Both the position numbers and the translations under genes were made by a program. DNA of 64,000 nucleotides from Myxococcota bacterium (GTDB lineage Bacteria; Myxococcota_A; UBA796; CAJQPC01). Each line of letters begins with the position of its first letter. The first letter of the stretch is position 1. Positions 48,348-61,149 of this stretch are shown in pieces. Under the pieces are notes generated by a model. It did no database searches and was not told where the DNA came from. It was given only the letters and a program-made list of their open reading frames with translations. The stretch spans positions 224,001 through 288,000 of the forward strand of contig DASCPX010000070.1 in assembly GCA_036012755.1 (NCBI GenBank). The letters are read 5' to 3'.

Positions 48348-49675
48348 GGCGGGTAGGCCCTGCTCGAGTTCTTCAGCGCGAAGACCTCGTCCTCTCCCGG
48401 GGCGACGACGCTGAGCAGGATGCGGTCCTCGCCCAGCCACGTTCGAGCGACGCGCTGCACGTCTTCCGGGGTCACCGACGCAACGGTTTGCATCTCCTCC
48501 GACCAGCAGTCCGCGTCGCCGTGGTTCGCTGCACACACCGCGAGCACGTCGGCGAGCACGTCGGCGTCCTGGAGCGCCGGCAGCTCGTCCCCCAGCCAGG
48601 CTCCCACGACCCGGTCGACCTCCTCCTGCCGGACGCCACAGCGCTGGATGCGGGCGATCTCCCGGTCGACGACCCGGAGAGCCGGAGCCAGCGGCTCGTC
48701 CGGGCGCTCGAAGGCCACGACGAACTCCCCACCAAGGCGTCCGTTCGAGGTCCACGCTCCGACCTCTGTGACGCGACCGCGATCATAGAGGAGGGGATCG
48801 TCGAGGCGGGTCCCGCGCTCACCGCTGAGGATGAGGGAGAGCACGTCCAGGGCCGCCTCGTCGGGGTGACCGTGGGGCACGGTGGGCCAGGCGACATACA
48901 TCGCCGGGTGGGCCCGGTCGTCGACCATGACCCAGCGCTCGCTCCCCATCAGCTCGTGCGGGATGCCCTCTGTGCGTGCCGGCGACGGGCCCGTCGGTAC
49001 CTCGCCGAACCAGTGCTCCGCCCGCTCCACCACCGTCTCGGCGTCGATGTCCCCGACGACGACGAGGATCGCGTTGTCGGGGCCGTACCAGCTCCGGAAG
49101 AACTGCTCCAGCTCCTCGCGCTCGACCTCCAGGATGTCGGTCGTCGTTCCGAGCACCGGGTACTGGTAGGGGTGGCCCTCCGGGTACAGGAGCCAGGACA
49201 TCGTGTACTGGGGGTGGGCGTTGTCGCTGAGCTCGTCGCCGAGGCGTTCGTTGACCACGACGTCCCGCTGGTTCGCGAGATCGACGTCGTCGAAGCCCTC
49301 CAGGAGCCAGCCCATGCGGTCGGACTCGACGAAGAAGAGCAGCTCCAGCGCCCCGGGGTGGGCCTCCATCGTGTAGACGGTCCAGTCGTGGCTGGTCCAG
49401 GCGTTGGTGGTGACGCCCGCCGCGCCGAGCAGCGCGTCGACACCCTGATCGCTGTCCGGCTGCGGGATCGAGCGACTGCCCTCGAACATCAGGTGCTCGA
49501 AGAGGTGGGCCTTGCCGGTGCGCCCTCCGTCGAGCTGGTCCTCTGCTGCGCCGACCTTGTACAGGAGCGAGGTGGCCAACAGCGGCGCGCTGTGATCCTC
49601 GTGCACTACGACGGTGAGCCCGTTGTCGAGGGTGACGACCGTCGGCGACAGCTGCAGGGCTGAGAGCATCCACAC
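48344..49675 (-). CDS. M16 family zinc peptidase, catalytic subunit
   Basis: LDNGL, AHLFEHLMF (HXXEH), NAWT, ESDRM, VVNER. Confidence 0.92.
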   Translation of the reverse strand: MWMLSALQLSPTVVTLDNGLTVVVHEDHSAPLLATSLLYKVGAAEDQLDGGRTGKAHLFEHLMFEGSRSIPQPDSDQGVDALLGAAGVTTNAWTSHDWTVYTMEAHPGALELLFFVESDRMGWLLEGFDDVDLANQRDVVVNERLGDELSDNAHPQYTMSWLLYPEGHPYQYPVLGTTTDILEVEREELEQFFRSWYGPDNAILVVVGDIDAETVVERAEHWFGEVPTGPSPARTEGIPHELMGSERWVMVDDRAHPAMYVAWPTVPHGHPDEAALDVLSLILSGERGTRLDDPLLYDRGRVTEVGAWTSNGRLGGEFVVAFERPDEPLAPALRVVDREIARIQRCGVRQEEVDRVVGAWLGDELPALQDADVLADVLAVCAANHGDADCWSEEMQTVASVTPEDVQRVARTWLGEDRILLSVVAPGEDEVFALKNSSRAYPP

Positions 49676-49685
49676 GCCGGACAGC

Positions 49686-53251
<3,566 letters not shown>

Positions 53252-53255
<4 letters not shown>

Positions 53256-54163
53256 GGCTTGTCCGCGACCAGGGTGAGGACCTCGAAGTGGGGGACGCGC
53301 CGCTCGCGGGAGGTCACCGCGCACTGGCGCACGACCAGCCCAGCAGCGCGTGACCAGTCGGAGAGCACCTCGACGGAGAAGCCGAGGTGGACGTGGTCAT
53401 AGGGGGCCACGGCGTCGGTGTGGCCGTGCTGGCGCAGGACCGTGGCGATCAGGCGACCGCCGGGCGCGAGGACCCGCGCCGCTTCGGCGATGGCGAGGGC
53501 CGGGTTCCTGGCGAAGACCAGCGCCGTCAGGATGAGGGCGAGGTCGAAGCTGCCCGAGTCGAAGGGCAGCTCGTGCAGGTCACCGTGAACGAAGCGCATC
53601 GTGTCTTCGGCCCGCTCCCGACCACGTTCCAGCACCCGCTCGCTGGCGTCGAGACATGTCACGGTCTCAGCGAAGGGAGCCAACAGGCGCGCGACGCTGC
53701 CGTCACCGGAGGCGATGTCGAGCACCCGGCCACCGCGGAGCCCGCCAGCGAGACCTCGGGCGAGGGACTCCCAGGTCCGGCCCGGGGAGTAGTGGCGCTC
53801 CATCGTGCCCGCCACGGCGTCGGCCCAGGTCCCGCCGCGGGCTGCCACGACGCCCTTCATGCGCTCCCTGTCTCGCGCCAGGAGTGGGTCGTCCGCGGCA
53901 GCCAGCACTGCGGTGACCGTGTCGTCCTCGACGGCTCGAGGATGCAGTCGGTACCAGGCCGAGCTGCCGGACCGACGATCGGCGACCAGGGAGGCGTCGC
54001 GGAGGCGGCCCAGGTGCGTCGAGACCCGTGGCTGGGGCAGCTCGGTGGCCGCGACGAGCTCCGCGACCGTGAGCTCCTCTTCGCGCAACAGCGCCAGCAG
54101 GCGCAGCCGCGTAGGGTCACCGAGGAGCTTGCAGAGTTCCGTCGTCGAGGCGATGGTCGGCAT
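53252..54163 (-). CDS. sahR: ArsR HTH + SAM-methyltransferase fusion regulator (SahR-type)
   Basis: [11 protein letters not shown]...[33 protein letters not shown]; directly upstream of metH. Confidence 0.85.
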
Positions 54164-54171
54164 CGCTCAGG

Positions 54172-54200
54172 ACTCTAATATCCCCTCATCGCGATAGCAA
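54172..54200 (-). promoter_or_regulatory. Sigma70-type promoter TTGCTA-N17-TAGAGT with an overlapping palindromic operator (ATATC-N10-GATAG, 54178-54197)
   Basis: Read directly; the -10 lies 8 nt before the sahR ATG. Confidence 0.7.
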
Positions 54201-54205
54201 GATGT

Positions 54206-54420
54206 CTACCACACCGGGGCGCAGTAGCCCTCGGTCAGCCTGTCGCAGGACGTCTCTTCGATGCAGGCGGCCCAGAGCTCTTCCTGGGCGCGGTTCTCGA
54301 GCCCACCGACTCGTTCGAGCCCGTGAGCTCATAGGGGTCGTAGTCCCCGACCTCACCCCGTTCCTGGCGGGCTTGCTGGCAGGGTTGCGTGAGGAAGCAG
54401 GAGGACAACAGCAGGATCAT
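54206..54420 (-). pseudogene. Small Cys-rich lipoprotein with one frameshift
   Basis: MILLLSSC start; an alternative frame gives LENRAQEELWAACIEETSCDRLTEGYCAPVW* ending at 54206. Confidence 0.5.
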
Positions 54421-54426
54421 GGCTGC

Positions 54427-55725
54427 TCAATAGCAGCCGCGACCCTCCTCGGCGAAGGCGCTGCCGTCACTGGGGTGCGATGAGCCGAAGGTGCTGCCGC
54501 CGCCGCTGTAGGACTGCTCGGGTTCGACCGTGCTGTTGTCGCCGATCGCGGCCAGGGCCGCGGCAGGGTCGACGAGGGGGCCCTCGAAGCCGAGGTCCTC
54601 GCCGGTGGAGATCAGCAGGTCTCGGACCTCGGCAGGGGTCGAGGCCCCGTTGGCGATGAGCAGCGCCGCTGCGCCGGAGACGTGGGGAGCCGCCACGGAC
54701 GTGCCCTCTGCCGCGAGCAGCTGCCACCTGCCCTCGTAGTCGGCTTCGGCCAGGATGCCGTCGGCGAGGCCGTCTCCGTCGACGTCGACGTCGATGTCGC
54801 CGCCGGGCGCGTAGAGATCGACGGCCCCGCGGTTGCTGTAGGAGGCCACGTCGTTGTTCAGGGTCGTCGCCCCTACGGCGAGCACGGTCTCGTATGCCGC
54901 CGGGTACTGCACGCCGTCGGAGAGGCCGTCGTTGCCGGTGGCAGCGACCACGACCACGCCCTGGTTCTCTGCGTAGTCGATGGCCTCTTCGAGCGAGGTC
55001 GATGGCCCCGACACGCCGAGGGAGAGGTTCAAGACGTCCGCGCCGTTGTCGACGGCCCAGACGATGCCCTGGACGAGGTCACTGCTGGAGCCCCCCGAGT
55101 GGGACATGACGCGGACCGGGAGGATGGACACTCCGGGCGACACCGCCGCTGTTCCGGTCCCGTTGTTCGTGGTCTGTGCGATGACACCGGAGACGTGGGT
55201 GCCGTGCCAGCCGTCATCGCTGGGGTCGTCGTCACCATCGGCGACGTCCAGGCCAGGGAGCAGCGGCAGGCCGTCTGGGCCCGCCGTGGCTCCGGTGTCG
55301 AGCACGGCCACCACCACGTCGTCGCCCCGGCTCTGGGTCCACGCCTGCTCGAGGCCGAGAGTGGAGAGGTTCCACTGGTAGGGCAGCATCGGGTCGTCCG
55401 GCACACCGAAGAGGCGGAGTGGCTGGTCCTCCTCGGCCCACGCGACCCAGGCGGGATCGAGCTCCTCGAGGTCCTCGACGACGACGAGGCCGAGGCCGAC
55501 CTCCCGTCCGAGACCACCGGGCGCTCCGGGAACCAGGCGCACGATGTGGCCGCGCGCCGACCCGCTGACCTCGACCGGCTCGACGACGACGACCTCGGGC
55601 GGATCCAGATCCGGTATGCCCAGGGCGCGCCCGGTGGGGTCGCCTCCTCGGGTAGCCTCGATGGCCGCGCCCAAGCCGATGGCGCCGAGCACGGCACCGG
55701 TCCCCACCAGGAGTCTTCGCTTCAT
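54427..55725 (-). CDS. S8 family (subtilisin-like) serine protease
   Basis: VAVLDTG, HGTHVSG, AATGN, GTSVAAPHV; TATAGT-N6-ATG 55725. Confidence 0.93.
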   Translation of the reverse strand: MKRRLLVGTGAVLGAIGLGAAIEATRGGDPTGRALGIPDLDPPEVVVVEPVEVSGSARGHIVRLVPGAPGGLGREVGLGLVVVEDLEELDPAWVAWAEEDQPLRLFGVPDDPMLPYQWNLSTLGLEQAWTQSRGDDVVVAVLDTGATAGPDGLPLLPGLDVADGDDDPSDDGWHGTHVSGVIAQTTNNGTGTAAVSPGVSILPVRVMSHSGGSSSDLVQGIVWAVDNGADVLNLSLGVSGPSTSLEEAIDYAENQGVVVVAATGNDGLSDGVQYPAAYETVLAVGATTLNNDVASYSNRGAVDLYAPGGDIDVDVDGDGLADGILAEADYEGRWQLLAAEGTSVAAPHVSGAAALLIANGASTPAEVRDLLISTGEDLGFEGPLVDPAAALAAIGDNSTVEPEQSYSGGGSTFGSSHPSDGSAFAEEGRGCY

Positions 55726-55780
55726 GTCCACACTATACGGATCGACGAAAGGGGACTTCAGCCCGATGAAACCGAGTTGA

Positions 55781-57008
55781 TCATGTTGATGTCGGGACCG
55801 CGCTGGTCTCCTCGAGCTCGCGGTTGGAGGTTTCGGGCAGCCACAGGAGGATCAGCCCGAGGGCGATGATGGGGAACACCGCCGTGGCGGTCACCGCCGG
55901 ACCGAAGCCGTGGTCTTCCGCGGCGAGGCCGACCGCCAGCGGGGCGAGCACGTAGCCGACGCGGCCGAGGAGGTTGTTGGCCCAGGCGTAGGCGTCGCCT
56001 CGGAGCTTCGTGGGGAAGAGCTCCGTGTTGAAGGCGTTGAGGACCGGGAGGACGGCGCTGGCCCCGAAGATCCCAGCGACGAGACCAGCCGTGAGGGCCC
56101 AGTAGGACTCGAGCGAGTAGCTGGCGGCGACGCCGATCGCCGTGATCACGTAGATGATCACCGCTCCCTTTCGCCGCCCGACGACATCGAGGAGCTTTCC
56201 GGCGAGGAAGACCAGCGGCATCGAGCCCACAGCTGCGATCATGATCGCCAGGCCGACCTGGCCATCGGTGAAGCCGCGCTCGTTGACGGCGAACTCCTTC
56301 CACCACACGACGGCGTTCTGGGTGCACATGTAGGTGAAGCACCAGATGATCGCGAGCTGGATCATCCGCTTCCGGTAGGGGAGCTCCAGATCGCCAGCAG
56401 CGAGGTCTTCACCTGCTCCTTGGCGGCCTGGGCCTCGAATCGCGCAGTCTCCTTGAGCCCCCGCCGGGCGAAGGCGAGCAGGAGCAGGGGGATGACGCCA
56501 GCGAAGTAGACGGTCCGCCAACCCCAGGGTGTGTTCAACAGCAGCGGCACGACCCCAGCGCAGAAGATGGCGCCGAGGCTGCTGAAGGCCTGGATGACAC
56601 CCATGACCATGCCGCGCCGGTCGGCGGGGTACTCCTCTGCCGCGAAGACCATCGCCGTGGCCCACTCGGCGATGAGGAAGATCCGCGCCAGGAGCTGCAG
56701 CGCCGTGAAGGCCCAGACGTTCGGGGCGAGGCCGGAGCACGCCGTGAAGAGCGTGTAGCCGGCGATGGTGATGGTGAGGACACGCCGCCGGCCCAGGCGT
56801 CGGCCTTGCGGACGAGCACGTAGGCCAGGATCGTGCCGATATTGATGACCGCCACCATGACCCCGGCCCCGCCTTCGGAGAGGCCCATGTCCGCTCGCAG
56901 GTTCGGCAGGATCTGCGAGAGCGCGAGGAAGTCGTAGCCCTCGAAGAAGGTGGCGACGCTCAGGAAGACGAAGAGCTTCTTCTGGTAGGCCGTGAGCGGC
57001 GTCGCCAT
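55781..57008 (-). pseudogene. MFS transporter with two frameshifts
   Basis: ATFFEGYD, ADxxGRR, AEEYPA.RRG, TELFPT.LRG, LPET across three frames; shifts near 56795 and 56385. Confidence 0.8.
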
Positions 57009-58075
57009 CAGGGGATGCTGAAGCAGAGGATGCGGACCGACAGCGGTCCGTTTCGCACGTTGAGCACGCGCTCGGGCTCCAGCTCCAGACCCGGTGTCTC
57101 GGCGGCGACGAGGACGACGTGCCAGCCGGACCAGGTTCGCAGCCAGGTGTCGAGGGCGTGCCAGTCGATGCCTTCGAGGCGGTGGCCATAAGGCGGGTTG
57201 AGGGTGAGCAGGCCCCGTGGTCCGGGGCGCTTGCACCGCATGGCGTCTCCGCGTCGGAGCTTCACTTGGAGCCCAGCGGCGCGCAGGTTCTCCCGGGTGG
57301 CCTCCAAGGCGCGCACGTTGATGTCTCCGCCGAAGAGCGGGGGTGGGCGCAAAAGCGCCCCGAGCTGTGGGCGGCGGGGGAAGTCCGGGAAGTCCAGCCA
57401 CGGGAAGTCACCGCGGAGGGTCTGGGGCGAGCGCCCCTGGGCGATCCAGGCGGCCTCGACGAGGAGAGTGCCCGAGCCGCACATCGGGTCCACCACCGGG
57501 CCCTCTCCGGTCCAGCCGCTAGCGAGGATCGCTCCGGCCGCGAGGGTCTCGCGGAGCGGCGCGGCGGTGCTCGTCTTCCGGTAGCCCCGGTGGTCCAGGG
57601 GCACACCGCAGGCGTCGAGCAGCAGGGTCGCCCGGTTGCGGTGCAGCCGGAGGCGGAGCGGGAGCTGGGGCGCCTCGCGGTCGATGTTGCTGCGCGTGCC
57701 CCAGCGCTCGCGCTGTGCGTCGACCACTGCGTCCTTGACCTTCAGCGCGACATAGCGGACGTCCATCATCATCGACGCGGAGGTAGAGGCCCGGATCGCC
57801 AGGGTCTGGCTCGGCGCAAAGAGCGAGTCCTTTCGCGCCCGGATCAGCTTGAAGGCGCCTCGGTAGAGGTCCTCTTGGTTCGAGGCGGCCCAACCGCCGA
57901 GATCGATCAGCACCCGGTTCGCGGTGCGTAGCCTGAGGACCGCATCGACGGCCTGCTCGGCGGTCCCCTCGAAGGTCACGGCTCCGACCTGCTCGTCCAC
58001 GTCGTGGCCCAGGGAGCGGAGCTCCACGGCGAGCAGGCCCTCGAGGCCAGCTCCGCAGGTCGCGACGAGCTTCAT
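57008..58075 (-). CDS. THUMP-domain RNA (guanine-N2) methyltransferase, RlmL-like
   Basis: ATC..GLE, LRTANRV, HRGYR..APLRETLAA, DPMCGSGT, NPPYG. Confidence 0.9.
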   Translation of the reverse strand: MKLVATCGAGLEGLLAVELRSLGHDVDEQVGAVTFEGTAEQAVDAVLRLRTANRVLIDLGGWAASNQEDLYRGAFKLIRARKDSLFAPSQTLAIRASTSASMMMDVRYVALKVKDAVVDAQRERWGTRSNIDREAPQLPLRLRLHRNRATLLLDACGVPLDHRGYRKTSTAAPLRETLAAGAILASGWTGEGPVVDPMCGSGTLLVEAAWIAQGRSPQTLRGDFPWLDFPDFPRRPQLGALLRPPPLFGGDINVRALEATRENLRAAGLQVKLRRGDAMRCKRPGPRGLLTLNPPYGHRLEGIDWHALDTWLRTWSGWHVVLVAAETPGLELEPERVLNVRNGPLSVRILCFSIP

Positions 58076-59183
58076 CGGCGCCGCACCAGCAGGAGACCCA
58101 GCACGGTGACCAGCGCCCCGGCGGCCCCGCAGCCACCGCTCATCCACGTGACGAGCTCCGGGCGCTCGGGGAGCCCGGTGTCGTCCTCGAGGTCGCTGTC
58201 ATCGGGTCCAGAGTCATCGGGCGGATCGCTCTCGTCTGGCTCGCCGGTGTCGTGGGGCTTCGAGATGTCGGCCCCTCGCGACCAGGGAACTCCGGTCGGG
58301 TTGGCGTCTGGCCCGCCGAAGGCGCCCATGTCGTTGCGGCTGCCGTCCGGGTCGTTGTTCGTAGTCGCAGGGTCGCCCCGGTTGATCGCCGGCGAGGTCT
58401 CCTGCAGCCCCGGCGGGAAGGTGCAGCTGAAGGGATCGAAGCCCTCGTCGAACTTCGGATCCTCGCCCTGGATGTCGCCGGCTCCGACAGCCAGGCTGTC
58501 GCTGTTGTCGTTGTTCCACAGCGTGTAGTCCTCGTCCACCGCGTTGGCCTCCCCGCTGATCCCGACACCGCCTGTGTTCGCGAAGGTCACGTTCCACTCG
58601 AAGGCCAGGGCCCCGCCCTTCCGCCCGATGTTGGAGTTCCACGTTGAGGTGGTGATGGTCGTCGAGGTGCTGACGGCGCGAATCGAGCCGCTGGCCTCCT
58701 CAGAGCTGCTGTTGCCGAAGTTGCAGCCCTTGACCGTGAGCGAGTCGAGTCCGTCCACGTCGATGTCCGGCGCGGTGCCCACGCTCTGGTTGGCGTCGAA
58801 GGTCGTGTTGATGACGCGGAGGTCGAAGGTGCCGCTGCCGTTGCTGCCCTTGGCGCGGATCGGACCCGAGCTCGTGATCTCCGAGGCCTCGACGCTCACG
58901 CTGAGTGCGTAGACGCCGCTGGAGGCGGTGGCGAAGATGGTGTCGCCTGTGAGCCCGTTGGCCTTCAGGTTCTGGAAGGTCACGGAGGTGTCGTCGGTCT
59001 TGCTGACGATGGAGAGGTCCTTTTCGATGGCGATGGGCGGCTCTCGACCGAAGCGTCGTAGCTCGGGTCCACCAAGAGCGTGTCGCCGTGTCCTGCCGCC
59101 GCGTACGCCTCGTGGAAGGTGTAGGTGCTGCCGTCGACCACGTAGGAGTCGGTCGCGCTCGCTGCGCTGATCCACCAGAGCAT
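58072..59183 (-). pseudogene. Secreted beta-helix-like surface protein with a MYXO-CTERM-like tail; one frameshift near 59040
   Basis: TATCGT-N6-ATG; MLWWISAASA; SPAI..GDP...DPDGSRNDMGAFGGP; GGC..TM..RRR. Confidence 0.65.
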
Positions 59184-59215
59184 TGGGAGACGATAGCCGG
59201 TCGTCCCGAGTGCGC

Positions 59216-59405
59216 TAGTTCCCGCAATCCGAAGTCCCGAACCTCGTCCACCGTCTCGTTGCGGGAACTACGGCACGCGAAGCGGGCCGCCGGGGGGGCG
59301 CCGAAGGCGCGGGGGGCGGGCCCCCCAGACGAGGAAACGAGTGCCCCCGGCGTCGCGAAGCGGCGGGCGCCCAGCGCCATCGGGAGTCGCGTTCCGACTT
59401 CCGAT
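59216..59405. repeat. Structured intergenic element (several inverted repeats; REP-like element or ncRNA)
   Basis: 12-bp perfect IR, nested GC stems, two CGCGAAGCG motifs and an 11-bp terminal hairpin. Confidence 0.6.
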
Positions 59406-59413
59406 CGGGGGTA

Positions 59414-59974
59414 CTAGTCGCCCTCGCCAATCTGACCGCAGTTGTGGGCCTCGAAGCGCGCCCTCCACCACTCGGTGTCGATGGTGCCGGTGACCAGCTG
59501 GACATCCCCAGAGGTGATCTCGAGGCGGCCGAGGAGGTAGCTGCTCTGCCAGATGCGCTCGTCCGCGAAGACTGCCGAGGCCATCGTGCGGCGGTCGACG
59601 CTCCTCTGCTGGTCGTCTTCGTCGGAGTAGTCGTAGTAGTAGTAGCCGCCGTAGCCGTAGGCGCCCTGGAAGTACTCGCCGACCCAGCCGATGTTCTCGC
59701 CGGTGTTGTTCCACCACTGGACGTCGACGACCGCTCCAGAGGCCGTCCAGGTGATCGAGTCCCGCTGCTCCGTCGTGCCGGCGAGCTCGGCCTCCAGGTC
59801 CTCGCAGGTGTAGTCCGAGTCGTCGACGAGGAGCAGCGTTGCGCTGCCGGTGCCGGCTTCTGGAGTCGACCACTGGGACTCGGCGAAGAGCGCCGTCTTC
59901 AGCGAGCCGAGCGAGAACGGCGCGTCTCGGGTCGCCTTCATGGTGTTCGTGCACGACAGCAACAGGAGCGTCAT
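59414..59974 (-). CDS. Lipoprotein, paralog 3 of a tandem triplet
   Basis: ATGA-coupled; MTLLLLSC; PF.L, GW.G.Y, A.F.A..CG. Confidence 0.8.
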   Translation of the reverse strand: MTLLLLSCTNTMKATRDAPFSLGSLKTALFAESQWSTPEAGTGSATLLLVDDSDYTCEDLEAELAGTTEQRDSITWTASGAVVDVQWWNNTGENIGWVGEYFQGAYGYGGYYYYDYSDEDDQQRSVDRRTMASAVFADERIWQSSYLLGRLEITSGDVQLVTGTIDTEWWRARFEAHNCGQIGEGD

Positions 59975-60531
59975 CGGCCGCTGTGCCCGGCGTAGTAGTC
60001 CCCGCTCATCTTGCCGCAGTACTCGGCGTCGAAGGTGGCTTCGATGGCCCGGGTCTCCACGTGGCCCTCGATGCTGCCGCTGTTGTCGTCTATGCGAGCG
60101 TAGCCACCAGCGCGGCCGAGCCAGGTCTGGCCGTCGGCGAAGGGGAGCACCCAGGCGCCGCGCTCGAGCGACCCTCGCTCCGACTCCGCCGTGGAGAACA
60201 CTGCGTAGTCGCCCTCCCAGCCGGCGTTCTCGCCCTGGTCGTGAGACCAGGAGAAGATGACGACCAGGCCGATGGAGTCCGAGAACAGCGAGCCACGGCC
60301 AGCCAGCAGGGTGGAGGTGTAGTAGCTGTCGCCGAAGGCCGCCTCGTACTGCTCGCAGCTGACCTCGTCGTCGCTCATCAGGAGCATCCCCACCCCCTGG
60401 CCCGACTCGGCGCTCGAGGCCCCGGTCTCCAGGAAGAGGGCGCTGTCGATCTCCCGGACCTCGAAGGGCACGAGCTCCGGGTCCACCTCGACGTCGTTCT
60501 TCGGCGTGCATGCGGCGAGGAGCCAGGTCAT
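59971..60531 (-). CDS. Lipoprotein, paralog 2 of a tandem triplet
   Basis: ATGA-coupled; MTWLLAAC; same motifs as its neighbours. Confidence 0.8.
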   Translation of the reverse strand: MTWLLAACTPKNDVEVDPELVPFEVREIDSALFLETGASSAESGQGVGMLLMSDDEVSCEQYEAAFGDSYYTSTLLAGRGSLFSDSIGLVVIFSWSHDQGENAGWEGDYAVFSTAESERGSLERGAWVLPFADGQTWLGRAGGYARIDDNSGSIEGHVETRAIEATFDAEYCGKMSGDYYAGHSGR

Positions 60532-61094
60532 CCGCTGTCCCCCGTGTCCCACCCCGGCTCCTGGGTGCCGCAGTTTCGCGCGCTGAAACGGGCATCGACG
60601 CTCTCGTGGTCGATGGTGCCGCTGGTGACCTCGGCGGTGGAGTCCTCGACCTCGAGCAGGCCCATCTGGCCGTCGAGCCCCCAGGCGGTGCCTCCGCTGT
60701 AGACGTCCAGCCAGAAGCGGCGGTAGACCGCGCCCTCACGACCGCGCTCGAGCACCGTCACGCCGCTGCCGTAGGTGCCCTGCCAGCCGGCGCGACCGTC
60801 GCCTTCCCGGTAGTCCTCCCAGTCGAAGGGGGTGTAGGACCAGGAGACCCTCGCGACCACGTGTTCACCCTCCCAGACGGGCGTCCGGTCGTCGTCGCTC
60901 AGCCAGCCAGCGTCCCGTATTTCGGCGCACCCGACATTGGTCGAGGAGAGCATCAGTGTTGCCCGTCCCCAGTCCGTCTGCTCGGTGGTCGTGGCGTCGG
61001 CGACGAAGACACTCGAGACCATCCGACCCAGCTCGAAGGGCGCGTCGCCTCGCGGCTTCATGGTGTTCGCGCAGGCGATCAACAGGGGCAGCAC
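60528..61094 (-). CDS. Lipoprotein, paralog 1 of a tandem triplet
   Basis: TAGGGT-N6-GTG 61094; MLPLLIAC; same motifs as its neighbours. Confidence 0.8.
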   Translation of the reverse strand: MLPLLIACANTMKPRGDAPFELGRMVSSVFVADATTTEQTDWGRATLMLSSTNVGCAEIRDAGWLSDDDRTPVWEGEHVVARVSWSYTPFDWEDYREGDGRAGWQGTYGSGVTVLERGREGAVYRRFWLDVYSGGTAWGLDGQMGLLEVEDSTAEVTSGTIDHESVDARFSARNCGTQEPGWDTGDSG

Positions 61095-61149
61095 GCCCAC
61101 ACCCTACCCGAGCGGCGAAGCACCCCAGACCGCGACCATTCCCAGGTCG

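Noticed and set aside
54164..54234. Cobalamin or SAM riboswitch for metH
   Set aside because: There is no leader space; the promoter abuts the sahR start and protein-based control explains the region.
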